A DNA stretch of 64,000 nucleotides. Origin: Actinomycetota bacterium (GTDB lineage: Bacteria; Actinomycetota; Acidimicrobiia; Acidimicrobiales; Aldehydirespiratoraceae). Position 1 is the first letter of the stretch; the number at the start of each line of letters is the position of its first letter. Where the stretch lies: positions 2,703 to 66,702 of the forward strand of contig JBCCYT010000003.1 in assembly GCA_039188975.1 (NCBI GenBank), written 5' to 3'. The notes beneath the pieces were generated by a model that ran no database searches, was not told where the DNA came from, and saw only the letters and a program-made list of their open reading frames with translations. This document shows positions 6,754 through 16,482 of the stretch, piece by piece. The position numbers and the translations under genes are program-made.

Positions 6754-9096
6754 GTGACCATTCGTGCGCGAGTTGCGGCGTGGCGCCTGACTCGGGTCGG
6801 TGTTGCCACCGTGATCTGTGGCGTTGTCGCGTCGTTGGTCGGTGCTGCGGTGATGGTCAATGTCGAGCGAGGCCGCCAGCGGTCGTTCACGGCGAATGCT
6901 GCTGAGGCGGAAGCAGCGATTGAGACGCGGCTTGCGGTGTACGAAGAGGTGCTGGAGGGGATCCGTGGTCTGTACCGGTCTGACTTCGGGGTTGACCGGG
7001 CGGAGTTCCATCGGTTTGTGGATGTCGACGGCCTGATTGCGCGTTGGCCGGGTATCGACGTGGTGGGTTTTGCTCGGCGGCTGCCGGCGGAGGCGGTGCC
7101 GGCGTATGAGAGTGCGGTGCGGAGCGACACAACGCTCCATGTCGGCGGCTATCCCGATTTCGCCGTCCGGCCCCAAGCGGTCGTGGGCGCGGATGCGGTG
7201 GTGTTGGAGTTTGTCGAGCCGATGGCCGGCAACGAGGCGTCGCTCGGCTTTGATCTGTCGAGCGATCCCGACCGCGCTGCGGCGATGATCGCTGCTCGCG
7301 ATACGGGTCAACCGTCGGCGACGGCACCGGTGCAGCTGGAGAACCGGTCGACGGGTGCATCGGGTGTCGTGCTGCTCGCTCCGTTGTTCGATGGCGATGC
7401 GACGCGCATTGCGGACCGGCGAGCGAACATCGCCGGTTATGTGGTTGCCAAATTTCGAGTCGATGAGATGTTGTCGGAGGCTACGGCCACGGTTCCGCTT
7501 GGGGTGACGGTGGTCGATGCGTCGGTTGAAACGGAGCGGGCTGGTTTGTTGCTCGGCGGTGATGACGCGTCGGGGCGTGAACTCACGTTCGATGTCTCGT
7601 TTGGGGGTCGGACGTGGCTGGTCCAGGTGCACGACGGGGCGTCGTCGCTCCCGCTGGGTGTTCCGGGACCGGCTTTTGTTGCGGCGATCGGGTTGGTACT
7701 GACGCTGTTGCTCACCGTGCTCTTCGAGAACCTCGTGCGGTCGTACCGCGATGTGGTTGGGCGGGCGGCGCTTGGCTCTGAGGTTCGGCTCGACCCGATC
7801 ACCGGTTTGTTGAATCGGTTCGGGTTGGCGGAAGCGGTCGCGGTGGAGCTGGAAGCCGCCGATGATCCCGCGAAGGTCGCGGTCGTCTTGCTCGACATCG
7901 ACATGTTCAAACGGGTCAATGACGAGCGTGGTCGGGCGGCAGGGGACGACTTGTTGCGGGCGGTAGGGCGGGCGATTCAGCGCAGTGCGGGGGATGACGC
8001 GTTTGCGGGTCGGTTGGTCGGCGACCAGTTCGCGGTGGTGCTGTGCGACCGAACGGCTTCTGGCGAACGGGCGTTGGCGTTGGCGCACGGGGTCCGTCGT
8101 TTGATCGCGACGATCCATGAGGTGGGCCGGATCCCGATCGCGGTGACGGCAACGGTTGGTTTGGCGTATGGCCGAGATGCTGATTCCGAAGTGTTGTTGA
8201 ACGATGCCGGAGCGGCGCTTCATGAGGCGAAGCGAGCTGGTGGTGACCGGGTCGAGGTGTTCGACCAGAAGCTTCGGCAGCGGCTCGAACGGCAGATGCG
8301 GCTCGAGACCGATCTGCGGGTGGCGGTGCAGGAACGACAGTTCGTTTTGCGGTACCAGCCCCAGGCGAGCGCCCGCACTGGCGAGATCGTCGGTTTCGAA
8401 GTTCTGATCCGTTGGGAGCACCCGGAGATGGGGTTGCTCGGGCCGCAGGACTTCGTGGAGGTTGCGGAGCAGGCCGGGATCGTGCAGCACCTCGACCGTT
8501 TCGTGATCGAGGAGGCAGCCCGTCAGCAACGGGCGTGGCGCGAGCAGCTCGGTCGCCCGGTTGAGCTCGGCGTCAACTTGTCGGGCGTGACGCTGGTGAA
8601 AGACGCAATCGTCGACGTGGTCCGCCAGGCACTCACTCGGTACGAGATGCACCCGAGCGATTTGTGTATCGAGATTACGGAGACGGCGATCATCGATTCT
8701 CCGGAGCTGGCGCAGTCTCGCTTGGAGGCGCTTCGAGCGTTGAGTGTCCGGATCGATCTCGATGATTTCGGCACCGGGTATTCGTCGCTGACCCATCTGC
8801 AGCGGATGCCGCTCACGGGGATCAAGGTCGATCGGTGTTTCGTGAGCGGGATGACGACCGAGGCGAAGGATGCGGCGATCGTCGAGGCGTCGATTCGGCT
8901 GGCCCAGCAGCTCGGCTTGCGGGTCGTGGCTGAGGGGGTCGAGGACACGGCGCAGGCCGCATATCTCGATGCGCTCGATTGTGATCTCCTGCAGGGCTAC
9001 CTGGTCGGGCGACCGTTGAGCCCTGAGCAAGCGACGGAACTGTTGGCGGCGGGCACAATCGTGCCGGTCACCGGCGGTTCGGTTCGTCGTGGCTGA
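6754..9096 (+). CDS. membrane sensor (CHASE-like periplasmic domain) with a degenerate GGDEF domain and an EAL phosphodiesterase domain
   Basis: An N-terminal TM helix is followed by a ~280-aa extracytoplasmic domain and a second TM helix. The GGDEF fold carries VGDQF in place of GGDEF. The EAL domain has EVL, EITE, DDFGTGYSS, KVDR, EGVE and QGY. Confidence 0.85.
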   Translation: MTIRARVAAWRLTRVGVATVICGVVASLVGAAVMVNVERGRQRSFTANAAEAEAAIETRLAVYEEVLEGIRGLYRSDFGVDRAEFHRFVDVDGLIARWPGIDVVGFARRLPAEAVPAYESAVRSDTTLHVGGYPDFAVRPQAVVGADAVVLEFVEPMAGNEASLGFDLSSDPDRAAAMIAARDTGQPSATAPVQLENRSTGASGVVLLAPLFDGDATRIADRRANIAGYVVAKFRVDEMLSEATATVPLGVTVVDASVETERAGLLLGGDDASGRELTFDVSFGGRTWLVQVHDGASSLPLGVPGPAFVAAIGLVLTLLLTVLFENLVRSYRDVVGRAALGSEVRLDPITGLLNRFGLAEAVAVELEAADDPAKVAVVLLDIDMFKRVNDERGRAAGDDLLRAVGRAIQRSAGDDAFAGRLVGDQFAVVLCDRTASGERALALAHGVRRLIATIHEVGRIPIAVTATVGLAYGRDADSEVLLNDAGAALHEAKRAGGDRVEVFDQKLRQRLERQMRLETDLRVAVQERQFVLRYQPQASARTGEIVGFEVLIRWEHPEMGLLGPQDFVEVAEQAGIVQHLDRFVIEEAARQQRAWREQLGRPVELGVNLSGVTLVKDAIVDVVRQALTRYEMHPSDLCIEITETAIIDSPELAQSRLEALRALSVRIDLDDFGTGYSSLTHLQRMPLTGIKVDRCFVSGMTTEAKDAAIVEASIRLAQQLGLRVVAEGVEDTAQAAYLDALDCDLLQGYLVGRPLSPEQATELLAAGTIVPVTGGSVRRG

Positions 9097-9162
9097 GCCG
9101 AACGTCCTATTCGTCGACCCGGGCTGCGGCTTGGGTCCTGACCTCGCCTACACTTTCGAACC

Positions 9163-9291
9163 ATGACTCTCGCTGTCGTCTGGCATTTCTGGATCGCCCC
9201 GGTTCTCGTCGGTGCCTGTGTCCTCGTGTTGCTGGTCTCCGTCGTCGGGTACCTCTCGCAGGTCACCTACAAGCGTTACCCGCGGGACTGA
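9163..9291 (+). CDS. possible 42-aa single-pass membrane microprotein
   Basis: It is not in the ORF track because it is under 60 aa. Sequence: MTLAVVWHFWIAPVLVGACVLVLLVSVVGYLSQVTYKRYPRD. A TACACT -10-like hexamer at 9149-9154 lies 8 nt before the ATG. Its TGA is 1 nt before the GTG of the next gene. Confidence 0.4.
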   Translation: MTLAVVWHFWIAPVLVGACVLVLLVSVVGYLSQVTYKRYPRD

Positions 9292-9292
9292 C

Positions 9293-10366
9293 GTGAGCGG
9301 CGCCGTCGATTGGGACGTCGCTCGTACTGTCGCGGCCAAGGTCGCCGGCAAGGAGCCGTACACCGCCGCTCGGTATCGAGACGGCTTGGAAGAGGATTTC
9401 GATCGGTACACGGCGATGGCCGAGGATCTCGTGGCCGAGTGCACCGGGCTTCGGTCGTTGGACGGCAACGCCCGGGGGCGGGTCACGAATCGTGAGGGCT
9501 GGGTCGAAGCGAACCTGGCGTCGTTTCAGCGCCTGCTGAAGCCGATCACGAACAAGCTCGAAGACAAGATGGACGGCAACGACGGCGGCTTCGGTTCGAA
9601 GATCGCCGGCGCGGAGCTGGGCGCGATGCTGGGTTGGATGTCGACTCGGGTGCTCGGCCAGTACGACTTGCTGGTCATCGAAGACGAGAATCCTGAAGAG
9701 CAAGACATCGTCTATTACGTCGCTCCGAACGTGTTGGCACTGGAGAAGCGCTACGCGTTCCCTCCCCAGGAGTTCCGGCTCTGGTTGGCGCTGCACGAAG
9801 TCACCCACCGGGCCCAGTTCACCGGGGTGCCGTGGATGCGCGAGCACTTCCTCGGTCTGGTGAATTCCACGATGGATTCCGTCGACCCCGACCCCAAGCG
9901 GGTGTTGGCGGCGGCCCAGCGGCTGCTCGAAGCTCGCAAGCGGGGCGAAGACCCGATGGATCAGGGCGGCATCATGGCCTTGTTCGCGTCGGAGGAGCAG
10001 CTGGCGGTGATCAATGAGGTCGCCGGCCTGATGAGCCTGCTCGAAGGTCACGGCGACGTCACGATGGATCGGGCCGGCAAGGATCTGATCCCGTCGCAGG
10101 AACGGTTCGCTCGGGTGCTGCGCAACCGTCGTCAGAACACGAGCGGATTCGCGAAGGTGTTCCAGCGTCTCGCCGGGCTCGAAGCGAAGATGAAGCAGTA
10201 CGCCGAAGGCGAGTACTTCATCGATGTGGTCGAGAAGGCGGGCGGTATCGAGATGCTCGACAAGGCGTGGGCCGAGCCGGCGAATGTGCCGTCGATCTCG
10301 GAGATCCGTGAGCCGTCGCTGTGGCTCGACCGGGTCAACGCAACGTCGGCGGCGTCGGCTGCCTGA
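9293..10366 (+). CDS. zinc-dependent metalloprotease (DUF2342-like)
   Basis: It has the HExxH motif (LHEVTHRAQF). The position upstream of tilS matches mycobacterial synteny. A GTG at 9293 is the likely start (track start is 9212). Confidence 0.75.
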   Translation: MSGAVDWDVARTVAAKVAGKEPYTAARYRDGLEEDFDRYTAMAEDLVAECTGLRSLDGNARGRVTNREGWVEANLASFQRLLKPITNKLEDKMDGNDGGFGSKIAGAELGAMLGWMSTRVLGQYDLLVIEDENPEEQDIVYYVAPNVLALEKRYAFPPQEFRLWLALHEVTHRAQFTGVPWMREHFLGLVNSTMDSVDPDPKRVLAAAQRLLEARKRGEDPMDQGGIMALFASEEQLAVINEVAGLMSLLEGHGDVTMDRAGKDLIPSQERFARVLRNRRQNTSGFAKVFQRLAGLEAKMKQYAEGEYFIDVVEKAGGIEMLDKAWAEPANVPSISEIREPSLWLDRVNATSAASAA

Positions 10367-10370
10367 GCCG

Positions 10371-11258
10371 ATGGCGATCGCGGAGCTGCTCGAACGATGC
10401 AGCTTCGGCGAGGGTGAGCTGCATCTCGGGGTGAGCGGCGGCACGGACAGTGTTGCGATGGCGGTGCTGGCGCGTGCGGCCGGGCGGCCGTTCACGATCT
10501 GGCATGTCCATCACGGCGTGCGAGCAGGCGCCGACGGCGACGCCGCGTTCGTCGAAGACTTGGCGGCCGAGTGGGGGGTGCCGTTCGAACTGCGTCGCCT
10601 CGATCTGGAACCCAGCGCGAACTTCGAAGCGACCGCTCGCGAGCAGCGATACGCCGTGCTGCCCAACGATGTGTGCGTGGCTCACACGGCCGACGACCGG
10701 GCCGAGACGGTGCTGCTCAACCTGTTTCGTGGCGCCGGGCTGGTCGGTGCTGCGGCTCGCATGGAGCAGGTGCGTCGACCGATCCTTCGCTTGCGGCGAT
10801 CCGACACCGAGGCGGTGTGTGCCGAAGCGGGGATCGTGCCCCGTGAAGATGAAACGAACGCCGATGTTCGGCATCGTCGTGCTGCGGTGCGGCACCGGGT
10901 GCTGCCCGAGGTCAATGCCGTATTCGATCGTGACGTGGTGCCGATCCTCAACCGGCACGCCGACCTGCTCGCCGACGCCCTCGACGTGGTGGCGACCGCG
11001 GCCGACGCGGTCGATCCGACCGACGCAAGAGCGTTGCGGGCGGCGCCGCGGGCGGTGGCGAGCGAAGCGCTGCGACGGTGGATCGTGGCCGAATCCAACG
11101 ATCCGTACGCCGTCGACGCCGCAACGATCGACCGGGTGCTGGCCGTCGTCGATGGCGAATGCCGAGCGGCGGAAACGGTGGGCGGGCATCGGGTTGCCCG
11201 GCGAGAGGGGCGGCTGTCGTTCTCGGTAGCCTCGGGGGATGGACAAGCCCGCACCTGA
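10371..11258 (+). CDS. tilS: tRNA(Ile)-lysidine synthase
   Basis: It has the PP-loop SGGTDS (LGVSGGTDSVAM). The ATG at 10371 is in frame with the track ORF 10224-11258. Confidence 0.85.
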   Translation: MAIAELLERCSFGEGELHLGVSGGTDSVAMAVLARAAGRPFTIWHVHHGVRAGADGDAAFVEDLAAEWGVPFELRRLDLEPSANFEATAREQRYAVLPNDVCVAHTADDRAETVLLNLFRGAGLVGAAARMEQVRRPILRLRRSDTEAVCAEAGIVPREDETNADVRHRRAAVRHRVLPEVNAVFDRDVVPILNRHADLLADALDVVATAADAVDPTDARALRAAPRAVASEALRRWIVAESNDPYAVDAATIDRVLAVVDGECRAAETVGGHRVARREGRLSFSVASGDGQART

Positions 11259-11388
11259 CGCCGCGAAGCTGCTCGCCTACTGGGAAGAGTGGGAGACCGG
11301 CGAAACCCCGCCCGGCAAGGTCATGAGCAATCTCAAGACCGGCGGCCTGCCCGACCTGTTGCAGTCGCTGATCGAGGGCGAGTCCTGA
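11239..11388 (+). CDS. possible 49-aa acidic microprotein
   Basis: Sequence: MDKPAPDAAKLLAYWEEWETGETPPGKVMSNLKTGGLPDLLQSLIEGES. It has high GC3 and a protein-like composition. The overlapping frame (N-terminal extension of the Nudix ORF) is Arg/Pro-rich junk. Confidence 0.4.
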   Translation: MDKPAPDAAKLLAYWEEWETGETPPGKVMSNLKTGGLPDLLQSLIEGES

Positions 11389-11480
11389 GCGACCGGTTTG
11401 CCCCGCCACCCGGTCGCGGGGGACCTCAGGTCATCCCTCGTCCTCCGAGTGCCGAGGTCGGCGGACCGCCGCCGTGGGGC

Positions 11481-12110
11481 GTGCGGCGCGATGGTGCGCC
11501 GTTACCGTCGCTGGACGAGATCGTTGCTCGCCTCGACGCGCACCGTGACCCGGTCGTGCTGGGCGACGTCGCCCCGGAGACCGGCGAATCGGCCGTGCTG
11601 TGTGTGCTGTACGACGACCATGGCGGGCCGCACGTGTTGTTGACCAGACGTTCGCCGAAGATGCGCCATCACGCCCACGAGGTGTCGTTCCCGGGCGGTC
11701 GCCGCGACGACACCGACGCCAACCTGTGGTCGACCGCGCTGCGAGAAGCCGAAGAAGAGGTGGCGCTCGATCCGTCGACCGTGACCGAGGTCGGCGGCCT
11801 CGACCGGTTCACCACGGTCGGTTCCCGTTCGCTCATTCACCCGTTCGTGGCAGTGAGCGAAACGGTGCCGGACGTGCGGGTTGCCTCACCGAACGAGGTC
11901 GAAGCGATCGTGCGGGTCCCGATCGCTGAGTTGTTGCGGGCCGACGTGTGGCGCGAAGAGATCTGGGGAATCCGCGACCTGGGCCCTCGAGCGTTGACGT
12001 TCTTCGAGATCGAAGGCGACACGATCTGGGGAGCGACCGGCTCCATGCTGCGCCAACTCCTCGCCATCGCAACCGGAACCGACGGCTCGATCCTCGGCGG
12101 CCCGGGCTGA
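11481..12110 (+). CDS. NUDIX hydrolase (CoA pyrophosphatase-like)
   Basis: Nudix box: FPGGRRDDTDANLWSTALREAEEEVAL. Start is uncertain (GTG 11481 is proposed; the track ORF starts at 11289). Confidence 0.75.
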   Translation: MRRDGAPLPSLDEIVARLDAHRDPVVLGDVAPETGESAVLCVLYDDHGGPHVLLTRRSPKMRHHAHEVSFPGGRRDDTDANLWSTALREAEEEVALDPSTVTEVGGLDRFTTVGSRSLIHPFVAVSETVPDVRVASPNEVEAIVRVPIAELLRADVWREEIWGIRDLGPRALTFFEIEGDTIWGATGSMLRQLLAIATGTDGSILGGPG

Positions 12111-12113
12111 TCC

Positions 12114-12923
12114 TCAGCAGCTGGTCTCGTGCTCGGCGGTGCTGAGGTTGGTGAGGAGTTGGGTGACGCCGACGGCGGTCGGGTGGAGGAAGTCATCGAC
12201 CGGTTCCCGGTGGCCGACCGTTTCGACGTCGCGGATCGACCACGGCAAGAGTTCGCATCCCAGCCCGGCGGCGACGAGGTCGTTGAGGGCTCGTAGCTCG
12301 GCGGTTTCTTGTGGTGTGGGTGTGGGTTGGCCGAGCGGTCCGTAGATCACGGGCACGCCGACGACGATGACGCGATGGCCAGCGTCCCGGTAGCGCTCGA
12401 CCGCATCGACATAGGGGGTTGCGTCGGCGATGCCGACATCCCAAATCGACACGCCGATCACGACGGTGCCGTCAAAGTCCGCGTCGGGGAGGTCGAGTCG
12501 GTTGACCTCCCCGACCAGAGGGGCGAGCACGAACCCGCGGCCCGGATAGGCCGAACCGAAACCGATTTCTTCGGCGGCCGCAGTGAACGTCGAGTCGCCG
12601 ACGAGGAACCAGCTGCGGTCGTCGGCGTCGAGTTCGATCGGGCCCGCCAGTGCGGTCAGCGCAGCCCGGTCGACCGCCTGCTCGGGATCACCCAAACCGG
12701 CCGGCTGATCGCGTTCGTCGACCGCGGCGTTGCCGGTTTCGGTTTCGCTCGGCTCGTCGCCGACGACTCGCTCGACCCCGACCGCAGGCGGCGGTACCGC
12801 CGGTCCCTGCGTTGGCGTGCTGTCGGCCATCACGACCCCGGCAATGAGCGCGGCAAGGAGCACCGGACGAACGCGGTGGGTCCATGGCGTTGCCTCGCCA
12901 TCGGCCGGGGGGAGCAGTGGCAC
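12114..12923 (-). CDS. secreted or membrane-anchored SGNH/GDSL-like hydrolase (putative)
   Basis: It has an N-terminal hydrophobic anchor, a GDS block (FLVGDSTF), and a DxxH block near the C-terminus (DDFLHPT). Confidence 0.45.
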   Translation of the reverse strand: MPLLPPADGEATPWTHRVRPVLLAALIAGVVMADSTPTQGPAVPPPAVGVERVVGDEPSETETGNAAVDERDQPAGLGDPEQAVDRAALTALAGPIELDADDRSWFLVGDSTFTAAAEEIGFGSAYPGRGFVLAPLVGEVNRLDLPDADFDGTVVIGVSIWDVGIADATPYVDAVERYRDAGHRVIVVGVPVIYGPLGQPTPTPQETAELRALNDLVAAGLGCELLPWSIRDVETVGHREPVDDFLHPTAVGVTQLLTNLSTAEHETSC

Positions 12924-12961
12924 ATGTCCAGAGTCGGCAGTTCGTCGCCTACCATCAGGAG

Positions 12962-13342
12962 ATGCCCGAGATCCGATTCTCTGCCGACACCCACCCGGAG
13001 CTGGTTCGTCAGGTCCAGGTTTGGCTCGAGTCGACGGAGGCTGAGCGCACCGCGAGCGATGTGGTAGAGGTCAGCGCCCAGCTGACCAAGGATGCGTTGC
13101 GAATCATCGCCTCCGCGGCCCCGGCCCCGATTGCGGAATCCGACCTGGTGAAGGGGTTGACCGGCCTCGGTCATCGGGCCACCGACATCAGCCGCGACAC
13201 CATGCTCGCCGGGCTCGACGGGCTCGCATCGGTGACCGACGGTCGCCTCGTGAAGAAGGTCAGCGAGAGCGGCGCCAAAGCCGCGTATGAAATGAATGCA
13301 GCCACCGCGAGGCAGCTCCTGAAGTCCGTCCTCGGCGGCTAA
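12962..13342 (+). CDS. hypothetical protein
   Basis: The ATG at 12962 is preceded by an AGGAG ribosome-binding site. The composition is protein-like, but no motif was recognised. Confidence 0.5.
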   Translation: MPEIRFSADTHPELVRQVQVWLESTEAERTASDVVEVSAQLTKDALRIIASAAPAPIAESDLVKGLTGLGHRATDISRDTMLAGLDGLASVTDGRLVKKVSESGAKAAYEMNAATARQLLKSVLGG

Positions 13343-13357
13343 CATCGTCTCTTTCCA

Positions 13358-13373
13358 CCCCACGCTGGTGGGG
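13358..13373 (+). terminator. short GC hairpin after the hypothetical gene
   Basis: CCCCAC-gctg-GTGGGG lies 16 nt after the stop. There is no U-tract. Confidence 0.3.
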
Positions 13374-13393
13374 CCGAACGGAGAGGCGCCCCC

Positions 13394-14244
13394 ATGGCCG
13401 AAGTACAGATCGGGCGAGGCAAGACCGCCCGGCAGGCCTACGAACTCGACGATGTGACCATCGTGCCGAGTCGGCGAACCCGCAATGCCGACGACGTCGA
13501 CCTGTCGTGGAAGATCGACGCGTACAAGCTTGGTCTTCCGATGATCGCGGCAGGCATCGCTGCGCCGATGACGACCGACGATGCCGTCACCGCGGGTGCT
13601 GCGGGTGCCCTCGCCGTCGTCAACCTCGAAATGCTGTTCGCGGAGCACGGCGATGCCACCGGTCTCGCCGCGGCACTCAACGAAGCCCGTGGGGAGCATC
13701 GCATCGCGGTCAGCGTTTCCCCGAAGAACGCCGAAGAGCTCGTGCCCCACGCAGTGAAGGCCGAAGCCGAGCTCATCATCATTCGCGGCGATGTCGTCTC
13801 GGCCCAGCACGTCTCGTCACAGGGCGACACGCTCGATCTCAAGACGTTCATTCGCAGCCTCGACACCCCGGTCGTCGTCGGCGCTTGCCAGAGCTACGAA
13901 GCCGGTCTGCACCTGATGCGCACCGGAGCGGCGGGCGTGCTCGTCGGCAACAACGGTGGCGGCGCCGGCATCGACGTTCCGCTCGCCACTGCGATTGCCG
14001 ATGTGCGAGCCGCTCGGGTTCGTCACCTCGATGAAACGGGCGTTTACTGCCATCTCATCGCGATGGGCGCGATCGAGAGCGGCACCGACGTCGCCAAGGC
14101 GATTGCCATCGGTGCGGATGCGGTCGTCGTCGACCAGTCGATGGTGACGGGCGATGAACCGGTCGCCGATGACCTGCGAGAGACGATGGCGGTCTGTGGG
14201 TACACCGACGTGAAGGCCTTCCAGAAGGCCGAGGTCGTCGTCCG

Positions 14245-14248
<4 letters not shown>
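13394..14248 (+). CDS. GuaB3-family IMP dehydrogenase-related protein (short form)
   Basis: The N-terminus [24 protein letters not shown] and [14 protein letters not shown] closely resemble mycobacterial GuaB3. It sits directly upstream of guaA. Confidence 0.8.
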
Positions 14249-15825
<1,577 letters not shown>

Positions 15826-15831
15826 GGGCGA

Positions 15832-16404
15832 GTGGCAGGAGCGGTGGACGCTGACGGCTACCAGCGGGCGGCCGCGCTGTTCGGCGAGGTCATCACGACC
15901 CTCACCGATGAGGAATGGGAACTGACCACCCACCCCGACGACTGGACCGCCATCACCACCACGGCCTGGGTCGTCGTCGGCGACGCCCAGTTACGGGGCG
16001 CCGCTGAAGGCGAAGCGCTCGGCACGGTCGGCGAATTCGACGCCGCCATCCTCGGCTCGAACCCGGTCGCCGCATGGCGAGGCACCGCCGTCGCCGCGAT
16101 CAGCGCGTTGCGGTCGGTCGACCCCGCCGCAGTGATCGTTCCCCACCCCGACGGGCACGTGCTGCTCGCCGACCTGCTCGCCCAACGAGTCAGCGAGAAC
16201 CTCGTCCGGGCATGGGACATCGGTCGAGCCGTCGGCCGCCCCGTCGACCTGCCCGGCGATCTCGCCGACGCCTGCCTCGATTTCTGGGCCGACCACGCCG
16301 ACGCCGTCCTGGCCGGCGGCGTGCTGCCCGACACCCCGGTCGAGCCAAGCGCCGATGCGTCGACCGTCGAGCGTTTCCTCGCCCTGATGGGCCGAACTGC
16401 CTGA
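15832..16404 (+). CDS. DinB/MDMPI-like (mycothiol-dependent maleylpyruvate isomerase N-terminal domain family) protein
   Basis: The size and overall pattern resemble TIGR03086-type actinobacterial proteins. This is a weak by-eye call. Confidence 0.45.
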   Translation: MAGAVDADGYQRAAALFGEVITTLTDEEWELTTHPDDWTAITTTAWVVVGDAQLRGAAEGEALGTVGEFDAAILGSNPVAAWRGTAVAAISALRSVDPAAVIVPHPDGHVLLADLLAQRVSENLVRAWDIGRAVGRPVDLPGDLADACLDFWADHADAVLAGGVLPDTPVEPSADASTVERFLALMGRTA

Positions 16405-16482
16405 CCCGACGAAACGGCGAGACACCCATCTGAGATACTCGGGACCAGCGGGATGCGGCGGCATCCCTGTCTGGAGAAACCC

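Noticed and set aside
6339-7130. A minus-strand ORF containing the LSVEDLNTV x4 peptide repeat.
   Set aside because: The repeat is simply the reverse translation of the 27-bp tandem DNA repeat. The rest of the ORF is low-complexity and overlaps the start of the CHASE-GGDEF-EAL gene. It is treated as non-coding.
6682-9030. Very long antisense ORFs opposite well-supported genes. Examples: 6682-9030(-), 854-1639(-), 14044-15933(-), 28093-29448(-), 35797-36879(-), 36441-37958(-), 43718-45160(-), 60485-62365(+), 61998-63287(+), 30299-31786(+).
   Set aside because: Their translations are Arg/Pro/Gly/His-rich with no recognisable motifs. The opposite strand encodes clearly conserved proteins. These are the typical stop-codon-poor shadow frames of high-GC DNA.
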